DNA of 64,000 bases from an uncultured Gammaproteobacteria bacterium (GCA_964450885.1 CAYVFE010000001.1:310572-374571), one strand, 5' to 3'; shown: positions 16,757-27,061, numbered from the stretch's first letter. Numbers and translations are program-made. Notes: generated by a model from the sequence alone, not told the origin.

Positions 16757-16777
16757 CTTACTTTTTAAAAAAGTAAG
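16757..16777. other. AT-rich perfect hairpin (9-bp stem CTTACTTTT/AAAAGTAAG, 3-nt loop)
   Basis: Seen directly. Confidence 0.4.
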
Positions 16778-16798
16778 ACAAAAGCGTTATTATTTACT

Positions 16799-16819
16799 CT
16801 CCTTTTTTAGAAAAAGGAG
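16799..16819. other. AT-rich perfect hairpin (9-bp stem CTCCTTTTT/AAAAAGGAG, 3-nt loop)
   Basis: Seen directly. Possible bidirectional terminator. Confidence 0.4.
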
Positions 16820-17076
16820 CAAAAAGCGTCATCTAAGTGAATCTTTTCCTTTCGAAACTACCTTCTTCTCTAAAAGCTTCACGCCTCACTATCGCTCAAA
16901 CAGGTAAAACTTTTTTAACGTTCAGAAGGTATTTTCTTAAGGAGTCGATTCAACGATGACACATAAAGAATCGGGTCACCGCCCAACGACAAAATAAATC
17001 GGGTGAAGCGGCGAAAAAGAGGTTGCAAATTGGGGTTCGAATCCCACGATAATAAGATTTAGAGGATGAGGTAAAA

Positions 17077-17628
17077 TTAAGTAGTGGTTTTTTCGAGGAC
17101 TTCGTATAGAACTATCCCTAAAGATACCATTACATTTAATGATTTGTTGATTCCCAGCTGTGGGAGCTGCACTATCAGATCGCACATAGATAGAACTTCT
17201 TCAGAAATTCCATCTGATTCGTGGCCTACGACAAGTGCTACAGGCAGAGTGTAGTCAGCTTTCGTGTAATCTACAGATCTGTCGTCTAGTTCTACGCCAA
17301 CTATTTTTATATCAGGAATTTCTTTTTTTAGTTTATTAATCGCGTCAGTAGTTTTCTCAAAATATTCCCACTGTACCCATTGCCAAGTTCCTACAGATGC
17401 TTTCTGGATCCTACTGTTTGGTGGAGTCTCGGAACCTTTGCAAAGATATATTTTCTTTGCGCCTACAGCATCAGCGAGGCGGAATATCGATCCAATATTA
17501 TATGTATCTAGGATATCGTCGAGTATGACATAGATTTCCTGACGGGTTTTTTTGACTCGATCTAGCTCTTCCTGCGTGGGAGTTTTTACTCGGAGAATTT
17601 CTGCTCCTAATTTATCATTTGGCTTCAT
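17077..17628 (-). CDS. SpoU/TrmH-family RNA 2'-O-methyltransferase
   Basis: Motifs 'VILDDILDTYNIGSIFRLADAVG', 'VVGHESDGIS' and 'LPQLGINKSLNVMVSLGIVLYE'. Confidence 0.75.
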   Translation of the reverse strand: MKPNDKLGAEILRVKTPTQEELDRVKKTRQEIYVILDDILDTYNIGSIFRLADAVGAKKIYLCKGSETPPNSRIQKASVGTWQWVQWEYFEKTTDAINKLKKEIPDIKIVGVELDDRSVDYTKADYTLPVALVVGHESDGISEEVLSMCDLIVQLPQLGINKSLNVMVSLGIVLYEVLEKTTT

Positions 17629-19636
17629 TTGCTTTTATAACATCCTCCTTCTTCCATGCTGCGAATGTACATTTCGGGTAATTTGCACACCCATAAAAAA
17701 TTCTCCCTTTTCTCGTTTTTCTGGTTATGACGTTCCCGCCATCATCAGGACAGATAAGCCCTGTGTCTTCAGAGTACGACTCCTTATAATCACATTCTGG
17801 AAAATTCTCGCAAGCAAGAAATTTACCGAATCTACTCTGGCGTATCACAAGTTTTCCTTTATCTTTAGGACAGTCTTTCCCTGCATATTCAACCGCTACC
17901 TTTACCCTGTCGCTACCCTCTGCCTTTTCAAGTTCTTTTTCAAACGGCGTATAAAATTCCTTCATCATAGGAACCCATTGGAGCTTACCATTTGCGATTT
18001 CGTCCAATTTATCCTCGAGCCCTGCAGTAAAAGGAATGTCATCGATATTTGAGAAGTTTGCGACCAGAAAATCATTTACACTAATTCCTATTTTAGTAGG
18101 AGTGAGCCGGCCTTCTAATTTTTCTACATAAAACCTGTCATAAAGGGTAGAGATGGTTGGCGCATAGGTAGATGGACGACCAATTCCGTGTTTTTCAAGA
18201 GATGAAATGAGTGAGGCTTCGTTGTATCGGGGTGGAGGAGAGGAGTTGTGCTCTGTTATCTCGCTATTTTTATATTTTAAGATTTCACCCTTTTCTACAT
18301 TTGGGAGTATCTGCTCATTTTCTTCTTTCACACTATAGACTTTGAGGAATCCGTCAAATTTTAGGATCCTTCCATTTGCTTCGAAAAGTAGATCTGAGCT
18401 ATTTGCTTTGGTTTCTATCTGAATTTTTGTAAGCGCATAGATAGCATCAGTCATTTGAGATGCTACAGCGCGTCTGAATATAAGATCATAAAGTTTTCCA
18501 TGATCCTCACCGAGTTTTGTGCTTATTTCCGAAAGACTTGTCGTGACATTTGTCGGACGTATTGCTTCGTGAGCCTCTTGGGCGACTTTTGATTTTGTCT
18601 TGAACAGCTTTGGCGAGTCGGGTATGTACTGTTTTCCATAAGTTTTTACCAAAAAGTCTCTGGCTGCAGTTGTGAACTCTTCGGAAAGGTTGAATGAGTC
18701 AGTTCTGTGATATGTGATATATCCATTTTCGTAAAGTCTTTGCGCGATACTCATAGTACGCTTTCCTGTATAGGAAAAACGGCGAAAAGCTGCCTGCTGG
18801 AGTTTGGAGGTCGTAAATGGTGGGTAGGGAGACCTCTTTGAGTCCTTTTGTTCAATATTTGTGATCGGGAAGTCCTTATTTAGGATATCTTTTACGACTG
18901 CTTCCAGTTCCTCACGGGTCAAATGAGTAATTTTATAGGTGTAATTTCCGTCATAAAGATCAAGTTTTTTACTCTCTTCGATACTGCCACCATTTTTTTT
19001 GACGAGGTTAAATACTATGTCATTTTTGTCATCTTTTTTGTTTAGAACCAGAATCAATCTATAGAAAGTTACTCCCTCAAATTTTTCTATCTCACGTTCT
19101 CGTTCTACAATAAGGCGCAAGGTCACCGATTGTACGCGGCCTGCTGACAGATTTCTTTTTACCTTTTTCCATAAGAGCGGAGAGAGTTTATAGCCGACAA
19201 CCCTATCCAGAACCCTTCTTGCAGTCTGGGCAAAAACCAGATCATCATCGATTTCTCTCGTGTGATTTAGCGCATCCATTATCGCCTTTTGCGTTATCTC
19301 GTGGAACGCTATCCTCTTAAAAGTTGTTTTTTTATTTACATCTTTTAATATTTCTTTGAGGTGGAAAGCAATAGCTTCTCCTTCGCGGTCAGGGTCGGTT
19401 GCCAGGATTATGTCTTCTGCGCCTTTGGCAAGCCTTTTTAGCTCTTTTACATTTTTGCTCTTATCTTTTGGGATTATATAGTCAGGTGTAAAATCCTTTT
19501 CGAGGTCTACACCTATCCTGCTTTTGGGCAGGTCTCTTATGTGGCCCATAGAAGCCACGATGTTATAGTCTTTGCCTAAAAATTTAGTCAAAGTTTTGGC
19601 TTTCGTAGGTGACTCAACCAGTATTAGATTTTTCAT
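17615..19636 (-). CDS. topA: DNA topoisomerase I
   Basis: Toprim N-terminus 'LILVESPTKAKTL'. C-terminal zinc ribbons 'CPKDKGKL...CENFPECD'. Confidence 0.9.
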   Translation of the reverse strand: MKNLILVESPTKAKTLTKFLGKDYNIVASMGHIRDLPKSRIGVDLEKDFTPDYIIPKDKSKNVKELKRLAKGAEDIILATDPDREGEAIAFHLKEILKDVNKKTTFKRIAFHEITQKAIMDALNHTREIDDDLVFAQTARRVLDRVVGYKLSPLLWKKVKRNLSAGRVQSVTLRLIVEREREIEKFEGVTFYRLILVLNKKDDKNDIVFNLVKKNGGSIEESKKLDLYDGNYTYKITHLTREELEAVVKDILNKDFPITNIEQKDSKRSPYPPFTTSKLQQAAFRRFSYTGKRTMSIAQRLYENGYITYHRTDSFNLSEEFTTAARDFLVKTYGKQYIPDSPKLFKTKSKVAQEAHEAIRPTNVTTSLSEISTKLGEDHGKLYDLIFRRAVASQMTDAIYALTKIQIETKANSSDLLFEANGRILKFDGFLKVYSVKEENEQILPNVEKGEILKYKNSEITEHNSSPPPRYNEASLISSLEKHGIGRPSTYAPTISTLYDRFYVEKLEGRLTPTKIGISVNDFLVANFSNIDDIPFTAGLEDKLDEIANGKLQWVPMMKEFYTPFEKELEKAEGSDRVKVAVEYAGKDCPKDKGKLVIRQSRFGKFLACENFPECDYKESYSEDTGLICPDDGGNVITRKTRKGRIFYGCANYPKCTFAAWKKEDVIKANEAK

Positions 19637-19720
19637 ATTCTGTATGCAAAAAAGTATAGCACATATGACTTTTTAGCCATGAATGTGGGATTATAGTAAA
19701 GATTGAGGCTATTAGCAAGG

Positions 19721-20773
19721 TTACGCGAAATATAACTCCGGATTTGATCTGACTTCTTTCCATGATTTTTCCTCACCATTCACGAGAGCATAAGCACCTA
19801 TCATCGCTGCGTTATCTGTTGCATATTTTATTTGTGGAGATAAAACTTTTATGTCAGAGTTTTTTTTGAATTGCTCCATGAGTGTTTGGTTGGCGCTGAC
19901 CCCTCCTCCGATTAGGAGAGTATTACAACCATATTCCTTGAGAGCATCTAGGGTTTTTTTTACCAATACATCAAATATCGCTTTTTGAGTTGCATAGCAG
20001 ATTTGATCCTTTAGATCTTCATTTAGCTCATTGCTTTTAACAAATCTCATCGTTTCGGCTTTTAGTCCTGAAAAGGAAAAGTCGTAGTCTTTGGATCCTA
20101 TCATCGGGCTTTGGAATCTTATTTCGGGTGCTGTAACTTTTTTTGCTCTTTTTTCCATATCGGGTCCTGCTGGATATGGAAGGTCGAGCATCCTTCCTAT
20201 TTTATCTATCGCTTCTCCTGCCGCATCGTCCCGCGTGCCGCCGAGCCATTTGTAATCGTTATGTGATTTAAAACATAGTAAGTCGGTGTGACCGCCAGAG
20301 ACGATAAGTCCTATAAATGGAAATTTTATTTCGTCGATATCTCTATCTATATAGTTGGCATAAATATGGGCGAGCAAATGATTTATGGGAATGAGTGACT
20401 TTTCTAAAGAATATGAAAGAGTCTTTGCAGTCTCGACTCCTACTATGAGAGATCCTATGAGTCCTGGGCCGAAAGTTACTGCGATGGCATCTATTTCATC
20501 TTTTAGGATTTGTCTTGCCAGGCTCCATTTTTTATCTGACTGAAAATCGCTGTTATCTAGATTTTTGGATTGAAGTGTTGCCTCTACGATTACCGGAATT
20601 ATAGCCTTTATTTGTTCGCGGGCGGCGTTCTCGGGGATTATTCCGCCAGTTGACGCATGCATATCAGAGGATGTCGCTATGATATTTGAAAGAACTTTTA
20701 TTTTTCCATCTTTTTTTTCAACTACACTAGCTCCTGTCTCATCGCAAGATGATTCGATAGATAAAATTCTCAT
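19721..20773 (-). CDS. tsaD: tRNA N6-adenosine threonylcarbamoyltransferase TsaD
   Basis: Motifs 'MRILSIESSCDETGASVV' and 'SGGHT'. Confidence 0.9.
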   Translation of the reverse strand: MRILSIESSCDETGASVVEKKDGKIKVLSNIIATSSDMHASTGGIIPENAAREQIKAIIPVIVEATLQSKNLDNSDFQSDKKWSLARQILKDEIDAIAVTFGPGLIGSLIVGVETAKTLSYSLEKSLIPINHLLAHIYANYIDRDIDEIKFPFIGLIVSGGHTDLLCFKSHNDYKWLGGTRDDAAGEAIDKIGRMLDLPYPAGPDMEKRAKKVTAPEIRFQSPMIGSKDYDFSFSGLKAETMRFVKSNELNEDLKDQICYATQKAIFDVLVKKTLDALKEYGCNTLLIGGGVSANQTLMEQFKKNSDIKVLSPQIKYATDNAAMIGAYALVNGEEKSWKEVRSNPELYFA

Positions 20774-20777
20774 GGGG

Positions 20778-21248
20778 TTAGTTGATGCCTGAAAAGACTA
20801 CTTCGTCGCCTACCTCAAATCCATATTCGTCTGATAATCCTCCATTTATCTCGAGGACGAAGTTTGCTTCACTGTCTGGGGTGAATACCGGGATATTCTC
20901 ATCTTCGCTTTTAGGCTCCGCATTTTTGAATATCTGCACGATCTTGTTGTCTGAGATGTAAATAAGGTCAAGGGGGAATTTTACATTTCTCATCCAGAAT
21001 CCATATTTTCCTTTTTGCTCGAATATAAATAACATGCCGCGATTTCTATCCAAACTATCCCTTTCTGAAAGGCCTTTTGCTCTTTCTTTCTCATCATCTG
21101 CTACTTCGAGTTTGAAAGTCTGCTCTCTTATGACTGCTGTATCATTTCCACCGATGTTAGGTAGTATGTCAACACCTCTAAAACGCAGGAATACTATGAT
21201 AACTATTCCCAAAACTAGCAGTCCATATATAATAAGTACTTTTTTCAT
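20778..21248 (-). CDS. DUF192 domain protein with an N-terminal transmembrane segment
   Basis: Motifs 'AKGLSERDSLDRNRGMLFIF' and 'WMRNVKFPLDLIYI'. Confidence 0.55.
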   Translation of the reverse strand: MKKVLIIYGLLVLGIVIIVFLRFRGVDILPNIGGNDTAVIREQTFKLEVADDEKERAKGLSERDSLDRNRGMLFIFEQKGKYGFWMRNVKFPLDLIYISDNKIVQIFKNAEPKSEDENIPVFTPDSEANFVLEINGGLSDEYGFEVGDEVVFSGIN

Positions 21249-21712
21249 TTGCCCTTTATTATCTTTGTTGAAGAGAACCTTTCATCTCTTTCCATTACTT
21301 CTAATACAATCCCTCCCGAAATTTTTGCCTGCTCCTTTTTCTTATCCGTGAGCGGATCATTCTTCGTTAGTGCAATTATATCAGGCCGAATCAATTTTGT
21401 CAGGTTATAGTAATATGTGTCAGATGTATTAGGAGAAAGCTTGACAATAAGATCGATAAATCCTAATTTTTCGAGTTCTTTTGCCCTGATATCAAATTTA
21501 TTATGTGGTCTATTTTTGCCTTTTAGTTTTTTTATATTCTCGTCTGATTCCAGAAGTAAAATCAGAGCATCTCCTTTTTGCTCAGACTTAAGCAAGAACT
21601 GGATATGACCATCATGCAAAACATCAAAGCATCCTCCTACGAGGACTATTTTTTTTCCTTCGGATTTGTACGAATTTACAATTGGCTCTATGAGTTTTTC
21701 TGAAATAATCAT
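21245..21712 (-). CDS. Cytidylyltransferase-like nucleotidyltransferase (HxGH class)
   Basis: Motif 'VLVGGCFDVLHDGHIQFL'. Confidence 0.55.
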   Translation of the reverse strand: MIISEKLIEPIVNSYKSEGKKIVLVGGCFDVLHDGHIQFLLKSEQKGDALILLLESDENIKKLKGKNRPHNKFDIRAKELEKLGFIDLIVKLSPNTSDTYYYNLTKLIRPDIIALTKNDPLTDKKKEQAKISGGIVLEVMERDERFSSTKIIKGK

Positions 21713-22699
21713 TTATATACTTTGGGTAATTATAAAATCCAACAGTTTCGTAAAAGATATTTTTGCAGCCTTAGCTTCCTGAGGCAGCAGGGAGGTTGCA
21801 GTCATTCCTGGAAGGGTATTGGTTTCCAGATAGTAAAGCTTTCCGTTGTCATACATAAAATCGGATCTCGAATACACACTGCAAGAAAGAATTGTATGAA
21901 TCTTTATCGTAATCTCGGAGATCTTGTCAGATTCTTTTTTAGAGATCGATACAGGCGGGGTGATTTCCTCAGACCCTCCTAGCACATATTTTGCAGAATA
22001 ATCAAAAAATGTCGCTTTTGGAATTATCTCGATAGGTGGAACAGGGATATATTTACCACTCTTTTTTTCCAGGCATCCACAGCTAAATTCTATCCCGGAT
22101 ATCAGTTTTTGAAACAGAAGGTCTGTCACGCTGCTTCCCTCTATTTTTTTAATTGCATTCTTGTATTCTTTTTGATTTTTAACGATGAAGACAAGAACAC
22201 TTGACCCTAGGCTGTTTGGTTTTATGATAAATGGAAAAGAAAGGGGAGGAGTTGCAGTCAATTTGCTGATGTCGACTCTGACAGTCTCGGGGAAACTCAA
22301 GCCTTTTATTTTTTTGACTTTTTCCGCCGACAAGTATTTATCCATACAAAGACTGCTTGCTTTACTGTCAGATCCTGTGTATTTTATTCCCAAATTTTCC
22401 AGAATCATTTGAATAGTTCCGTCTTCGCCAAATTCTCCATGTAGTGCAGAGAGGAGGGCGACATCGAAATTACCTTTGTTTTCTTTCAGAACATTTTCGA
22501 AGTCATCAAATTTAGTATTTTTAGGAGGATCTATTTTTTTTGTAACTTTAAAAAAGGAGCTCTTAAGATTTTTCTGGATATAAAAAACGTAAGGAGTGTA
22601 TTTTTTCCTATCTATATGCTCCAAAATAGATTTGGCACTCGATAGTGATACTTCATGTTCTGAGGACGGTCCCCCACAAAAAATTGCTACTTTTTTCAT
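21713..22699 (-). CDS. ddl: D-alanine--D-alanine ligase
   Basis: N-terminus 'KKVAIFCGGPSSEHEVSLSSAKSI'. ATP-grasp length. Confidence 0.8.
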   Translation of the reverse strand: MKKVAIFCGGPSSEHEVSLSSAKSILEHIDRKKYTPYVFYIQKNLKSSFFKVTKKIDPPKNTKFDDFENVLKENKGNFDVALLSALHGEFGEDGTIQMILENLGIKYTGSDSKASSLCMDKYLSAEKVKKIKGLSFPETVRVDISKLTATPPLSFPFIIKPNSLGSSVLVFIVKNQKEYKNAIKKIEGSSVTDLLFQKLISGIEFSCGCLEKKSGKYIPVPPIEIIPKATFFDYSAKYVLGGSEEITPPVSISKKESDKISEITIKIHTILSCSVYSRSDFMYDNGKLYYLETNTLPGMTATSLLPQEAKAAKISFTKLLDFIITQSI

Positions 22700-24127
22700 T
22701 TAACCCTGCTTGGTTCCTACCTTATAGACTGCGCGCCACGGAGAATATCTGGTCGTGAATGTTTCGTCTATTAGCACTTCATCTCCGCGGGTTACTGTTC
22801 GACTAAATTGAACATGTGCTCCTGGTGCAGCATAGTCAACTTGCTGCGTGACTCCTACCGGCAGTTCCGGATCGTCTTCATATAGCGGTTCGGGTGCGGG
22901 TGATTGACTAAGTATCACTGAGTCAGATACTTCAGAAACTCTCCCATCGCTTTTCCCAAAAAAGCTAAATGTCAGGCTCTGTGCTGTTGGATTAAAATCC
23001 GCGACTATCAATATGTGATTTCCAGTATCGTTTTTGAATTTTAGATCAACAGTAGGGACATAAATTGTTGCATCCACTCCGATAGGGGACTGTTGTTCAT
23101 AGTAGCTTACTCGGTATGAGTGAGCGTGGCGTTCTGTTATGGGTAGTCCAGCATCGAGCATCGCCCTGAAAAGCGTGGTCGATACCTGGCAAACTCCGCC
23201 ACCATCGCCGAGGATAGTTCTTCCTCCAGAGATGACATATGCTTCTTTATATCCTGTTAGTCTTGAAATATCTCCGACGCTTTCATTGAAGGAAAATTCT
23301 TCACCTGGTGCGACCAGTATTCCATCGATTTTACTCGCGGCTTGTCCGATGTTATGTATTCTATTTGGGATAGAGCCGACAAAGTGCGAATTCCCTTCGC
23401 CGATTTTCTCGACTATTCCATACTCGTTCACCTCTTCTGTGGTAACCTCCGGCTGCATTGCGATTGTGGGAAGAACATATTCATAGCTTTTTGCCTCTGG
23501 GGAATTTATGATCTCAGAAACCCTACTTAGTACATAGCTCTTTATTTTATCGACGTCCAAAGTCCTTCCATCCTCTGATTGTGAGAATTTAACAACCCTA
23601 TTATTATCGAGCTCAAATTCCGCATTAACAGGTTCTTTGAATGCTATCTTTTCAAACGGTTCTATCTGTTCGCTCAGTCTTTCATTATTAAATGTATAGC
23701 TTGTATCGAGCGTAAGACCATTTAGGTAGGCATTTGTGATTATGAAAAAGTTGGAGAGGAAATTGGAAGACTTCCCTAGTCCTAGAGATTGTTCTGCAAT
23801 CAGTTGTGAATCATATCCGATTCCCAGCTCCTGCGCGCTAATGGTTGCTGCCTCTTGATCGTATTTGAATATAAAACTGCTGTCTCCTATATTTTTATTT
23901 TTTTCATCATAAATATATATGATTTCGTCCTTTGTTTTTTCTCCTACATATATATCGTTAACAAAAACTCCTGGAATCACTTTGTTGCTGTAAGTGTATT
24001 GGAAATAGATTATGACGATAGAAAGAAGTGTTAGCCCAGCTATGCTAAACCCCACAAGGAACCAAATTGAGGATTTACTGATATGGAAAGATTTTTTTGC
24101 AACTTTAATTAATCTGTGCTTCATCAC
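22700..24127 (-). CDS. VanW-family protein with an N-terminal transmembrane anchor
   Basis: Motif 'LGDGGGVCQVSTTLFRA' characteristic of the VanW domain. Confidence 0.7.
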   Translation of the reverse strand: MMKHRLIKVAKKSFHISKSSIWFLVGFSIAGLTLLSIVIIYFQYTYSNKVIPGVFVNDIYVGEKTKDEIIYIYDEKNKNIGDSSFIFKYDQEAATISAQELGIGYDSQLIAEQSLGLGKSSNFLSNFFIITNAYLNGLTLDTSYTFNNERLSEQIEPFEKIAFKEPVNAEFELDNNRVVKFSQSEDGRTLDVDKIKSYVLSRVSEIINSPEAKSYEYVLPTIAMQPEVTTEEVNEYGIVEKIGEGNSHFVGSIPNRIHNIGQAASKIDGILVAPGEEFSFNESVGDISRLTGYKEAYVISGGRTILGDGGGVCQVSTTLFRAMLDAGLPITERHAHSYRVSYYEQQSPIGVDATIYVPTVDLKFKNDTGNHILIVADFNPTAQSLTFSFFGKSDGRVSEVSDSVILSQSPAPEPLYEDDPELPVGVTQQVDYAAPGAHVQFSRTVTRGDEVLIDETFTTRYSPWRAVYKVGTKQG

Positions 24128-24184
24128 TTTTACTGGATTAGATTTTTATGAGTGTAGTTATTATACTATATAAGATATAAACAT

Positions 24185-25570
24185 ATGGATCCTAATTCAA
24201 ATACAAATCAACCTCAAGTTGATCCGTACTATGCACCTGAAGCCTCTGGGGGAAAGAAAAGATTGATCCTAATCATCCTGGGGATAGTTTTTTTTATTGG
24301 AATTATATTTTTTGCTGTGTGGTTTTTTGTGATTCGCGGAAACAATGGTTCTGAGGAAGAGAATGCGACATTGTTGTATTGGGGAGTTTGGGAAGACATA
24401 AGTGTTTTGCAGCCGGTTTTTGATGAATTCGAGAGAGAAAATCCGAACATAAAAATTCAATATGAAAAAATTGATATCAAAACTCTGGGAGACTATGTAG
24501 ATAGGTTAAAAACGCGAACTGCGGAAGGAAATGGTCCTGATATCATGAGGTTTCATAGTAGCTGGCTAGTCCAGATGCAGGACATACTTTCTCCATTTCC
24601 TGATGATGTCGTGAAAGATACAGGGCTAGTTGACGATTATTTTAAGGTCGTAGAAAGAGATTTGAAGAGAAATGGAGCTTATTATGGATTGCCTTTGAGT
24701 ATCGATACTTTGTCCCTTTATATAAATAATGACTTGCTTGCAAACATCGGTGGTCAGCCGCCAACTACATGGAATGATTTGGATAGTCTAGCTCGAGAGC
24801 TAACCACTGTTGAGGCAGGAGAGTTAACAAGATCGGGAGTAGCAATGGGTACATATGACAATATTTCCCACGCACCGGATATCATCTCTCTCTTGTTGCT
24901 GCAAAACGGTGCAGACTTTAATAACCTTTCAGGCGATAATGTAGAAAGCGCTGTAAGTGCCCTACAGTTCTATACTCTTTTTTCAAGTACGCGTGGGGTA
25001 CCAGTCTGGGATCAAAAACAAGAAAACTCGAAAATTGCTTTTGCAGGAGGAAAACTTGCGATGTATTTTGGGTACTCGTGGGATATATTTGAGATAGAAG
25101 CTTTTAATCCAGAGCTAAATTTCCAAGTAGTGCCTGTGCCCACCCTTCCTGGTACAAGTTCTACAGTAGCAAGTTATTGGGCAGAGGGCGTTTCCAGTAA
25201 GACAAAATATCCTGATTCGGCGTTTAAATTTATTAAATTTTTAGGAAAGAACTCAACGCTTCAAAAGATATATGAGAATCAGACTAAGAGCAGGGGCTAC
25301 GGTTCTCCATATCCAAAAAAGAGCTTAGCGCAATCGATAGCAGATAATAACAAGGTCTATCCATTTATCGTAAGAGCAGATGATGCAGTATCGACTTTTT
25401 TTTCGTCAGACACATATGATGCTGGATTAAATTCTGAGATGGATGTTTATCTGGGAAATGCAATAAGAAGCATAATAAACGATAATACTTCTTATGAATC
25501 TGCGGTGAGTACTTTAGGCAGCGGGGTAAATCAGGTTCTCCAGCGCTATGAACAATCAGCTCAAAACTAG
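24185..25570 (+). CDS. Extracellular solute-binding protein (ABC family 1, sugar type), membrane-anchored, orphan
   Basis: N-terminal transmembrane segment. Motifs 'LLYWGVWED' and 'NPNIKIQYEKI'. Confidence 0.5.
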   Translation: MDPNSNTNQPQVDPYYAPEASGGKKRLILIILGIVFFIGIIFFAVWFFVIRGNNGSEEENATLLYWGVWEDISVLQPVFDEFERENPNIKIQYEKIDIKTLGDYVDRLKTRTAEGNGPDIMRFHSSWLVQMQDILSPFPDDVVKDTGLVDDYFKVVERDLKRNGAYYGLPLSIDTLSLYINNDLLANIGGQPPTTWNDLDSLARELTTVEAGELTRSGVAMGTYDNISHAPDIISLLLLQNGADFNNLSGDNVESAVSALQFYTLFSSTRGVPVWDQKQENSKIAFAGGKLAMYFGYSWDIFEIEAFNPELNFQVVPVPTLPGTSSTVASYWAEGVSSKTKYPDSAFKFIKFLGKNSTLQKIYENQTKSRGYGSPYPKKSLAQSIADNNKVYPFIVRADDAVSTFFSSDTYDAGLNSEMDVYLGNAIRSIINDNTSYESAVSTLGSGVNQVLQRYEQSAQN

Positions 25571-26492
25571 CATCATAGATACGCTTTCGTATTTTGATGT
25601 ATTCAATTATCCGCTTACTCTTGAGCAAATAGAGCTGTTTTTGCATTTCTCAGATGCAGATAAGAAAGCCATTGCTAAAAACATAAAGGAAATAGGGATT
25701 ATAGATGAAAAGTACGGATATTATTTCTTCTCTGGCAGAAAGGGTATCGCGATAAAACGCAAGATGCAGGAGGAGGAGAATAGAAGAAAGACGCTTCTTG
25801 CAGCAAAGTACATAGATATATTATCTAAGGTACCCGGAGTAAGACTTATAGCGATCACCGGAAGTCTTTCTATGGGAAATGCTTCAGTCGACGATGACAT
25901 TGATCTGTTTATCATAACCCGAAAGAATATGCTGTGGGCGACGAGATTTATGGTTATTCTCACAGCGAAGATTTTTGGGATGAAAAGGGAATACAAGAAC
26001 AAAAGGCACAAAGACAAACTTTGTCTGAATATGTTTTTGGACGAGAGGGAAATGGAATTTACAGATAAAAGTTTATATGTTGCCCACGAAATCGCCCAGA
26101 TGAAAGTTTATTATGATGAACATAAGGTGTTTAGTCATTTCGCGAAAAAGAATAGTTGGATAAAAGATTTTTTTCCTAATATTACGGTTAACATAAAAAG
26201 AATGAAAAAGAAAAAGAGGTGGACAGATTTATTCATTTTTAGTGAAAAGCCTTTAAGGGTTGTTAATTTTGTTGCTTTTTTTGGACAATATTTATATATG
26301 AGTAGTAAGATTACTCGAGAAAAAGTCAGTTTGAGAAAGGCTTTTTTTCATCCAAGCGATAGCACCAGATTCATACTCGATCAACATATTAAGCGAAAAA
26401 GGTATTACCTGGCAAGATATAGCTATAGCAATATTGTCAGAGAATTTGAAGCTAAAAAGAGTGATCTTAAAAAGGATAGAATGCAGAATTAA
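25548..26492 (+). CDS. Hypothetical protein with a minimal nucleotidyltransferase-like motif
   Basis: Motif 'ITGSLSMGNASVDDDIDLFIIT' (GS...DxD). Confidence 0.4.
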   Translation: MNNQLKTSIIDTLSYFDVFNYPLTLEQIELFLHFSDADKKAIAKNIKEIGIIDEKYGYYFFSGRKGIAIKRKMQEEENRRKTLLAAKYIDILSKVPGVRLIAITGSLSMGNASVDDDIDLFIITRKNMLWATRFMVILTAKIFGMKREYKNKRHKDKLCLNMFLDEREMEFTDKSLYVAHEIAQMKVYYDEHKVFSHFAKKNSWIKDFFPNITVNIKRMKKKKRWTDLFIFSEKPLRVVNFVAFFGQYLYMSSKITREKVSLRKAFFHPSDSTRFILDQHIKRKRYYLARYSYSNIVREFEAKKSDLKKDRMQN

Positions 26493-26554
26493 CTCCAGGA
26501 TATTGACATAAAAAGGGGTATTCTGTATAGTACCTCAAGGATGCATTAAATCAA

Positions 26555-26584
26555 CCCCCAGAGGAGCCTTTTGGGGGATTTTTG
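26555..26584 (+). terminator. Rho-independent terminator-like hairpin (CCCCCA/TGGGGG stem) followed by a T-tract
   Basis: Stem 26555-60 pairs with 26572-77, then 'ATTTTTG'. Confidence 0.45.
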
Positions 26585-26593
26585 TAGCTAATC

Positions 26594-27061
26594 ATGGATA
26601 AGAAACAATTTTTCGTAACACAAAAAGGACTGGAAGATTTAAAAGCTGAGCTTTTAAATCTTCAGAAGAAGAAAAGAGCCGAAGTTGTCGAGCGTGTATC
26701 TAACGCACGATCGATGGGAGATCTTTCAGAGAACTCTGAGTATCATGCAGCAAAAGAGGAGTTATCGCTTGTTGACGGTAGAATTGAGGAATTAGAGGAA
26801 ATCATCAAAAAGGTGCAGATAATAGAGGAAGATAACGGAAATTCAAAAATCATAAAACTAGGTTCTCAGGTAACCATAAAGGTGAATGGTAAGGAAGAAG
26901 TATTTAGTCTTGTTGGTGAATGGGAGGCAGATCCTCACCAAAAGAAGATTTCTCACGAGTCACCACTAGGAAAAGCTTTAATTGGAAAAAAACCTGGTGA
27001 AAAAGTAGAAGTAGAAGCCCCAGCTGGGAAAATTGCATACAATATCCTCAAGATACACTAG
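26594..27061 (+). CDS. greA: Transcription elongation factor GreA
   Basis: Motifs 'GDLSENSEYHAAKEE' and C-terminal 'GKKPGEKVEVEAPAG'. Confidence 0.85.
   Translation: MDKKQFFVTQKGLEDLKAELLNLQKKKRAEVVERVSNARSMGDLSENSEYHAAKEELSLVDGRIEELEEIIKKVQIIEEDNGNSKIIKLGSQVTIKVNGKEEVFSLVGEWEADPHQKKISHESPLGKALIGKKPGEKVEVEAPAGKIAYNILKIH

Noticed and set aside
17028-17050. tRNA-like T-loop sequence GGGGTTCGAATCCCAC in the intergenic region upstream of the SpoU gene stop
   Set aside because: Only 3 G-C pairs flank the TTCGAAT loop. No acceptor, D or anticodon stems could be built on either strand. It is probably a chance match or a decayed tRNA fragment, not a tRNA gene.
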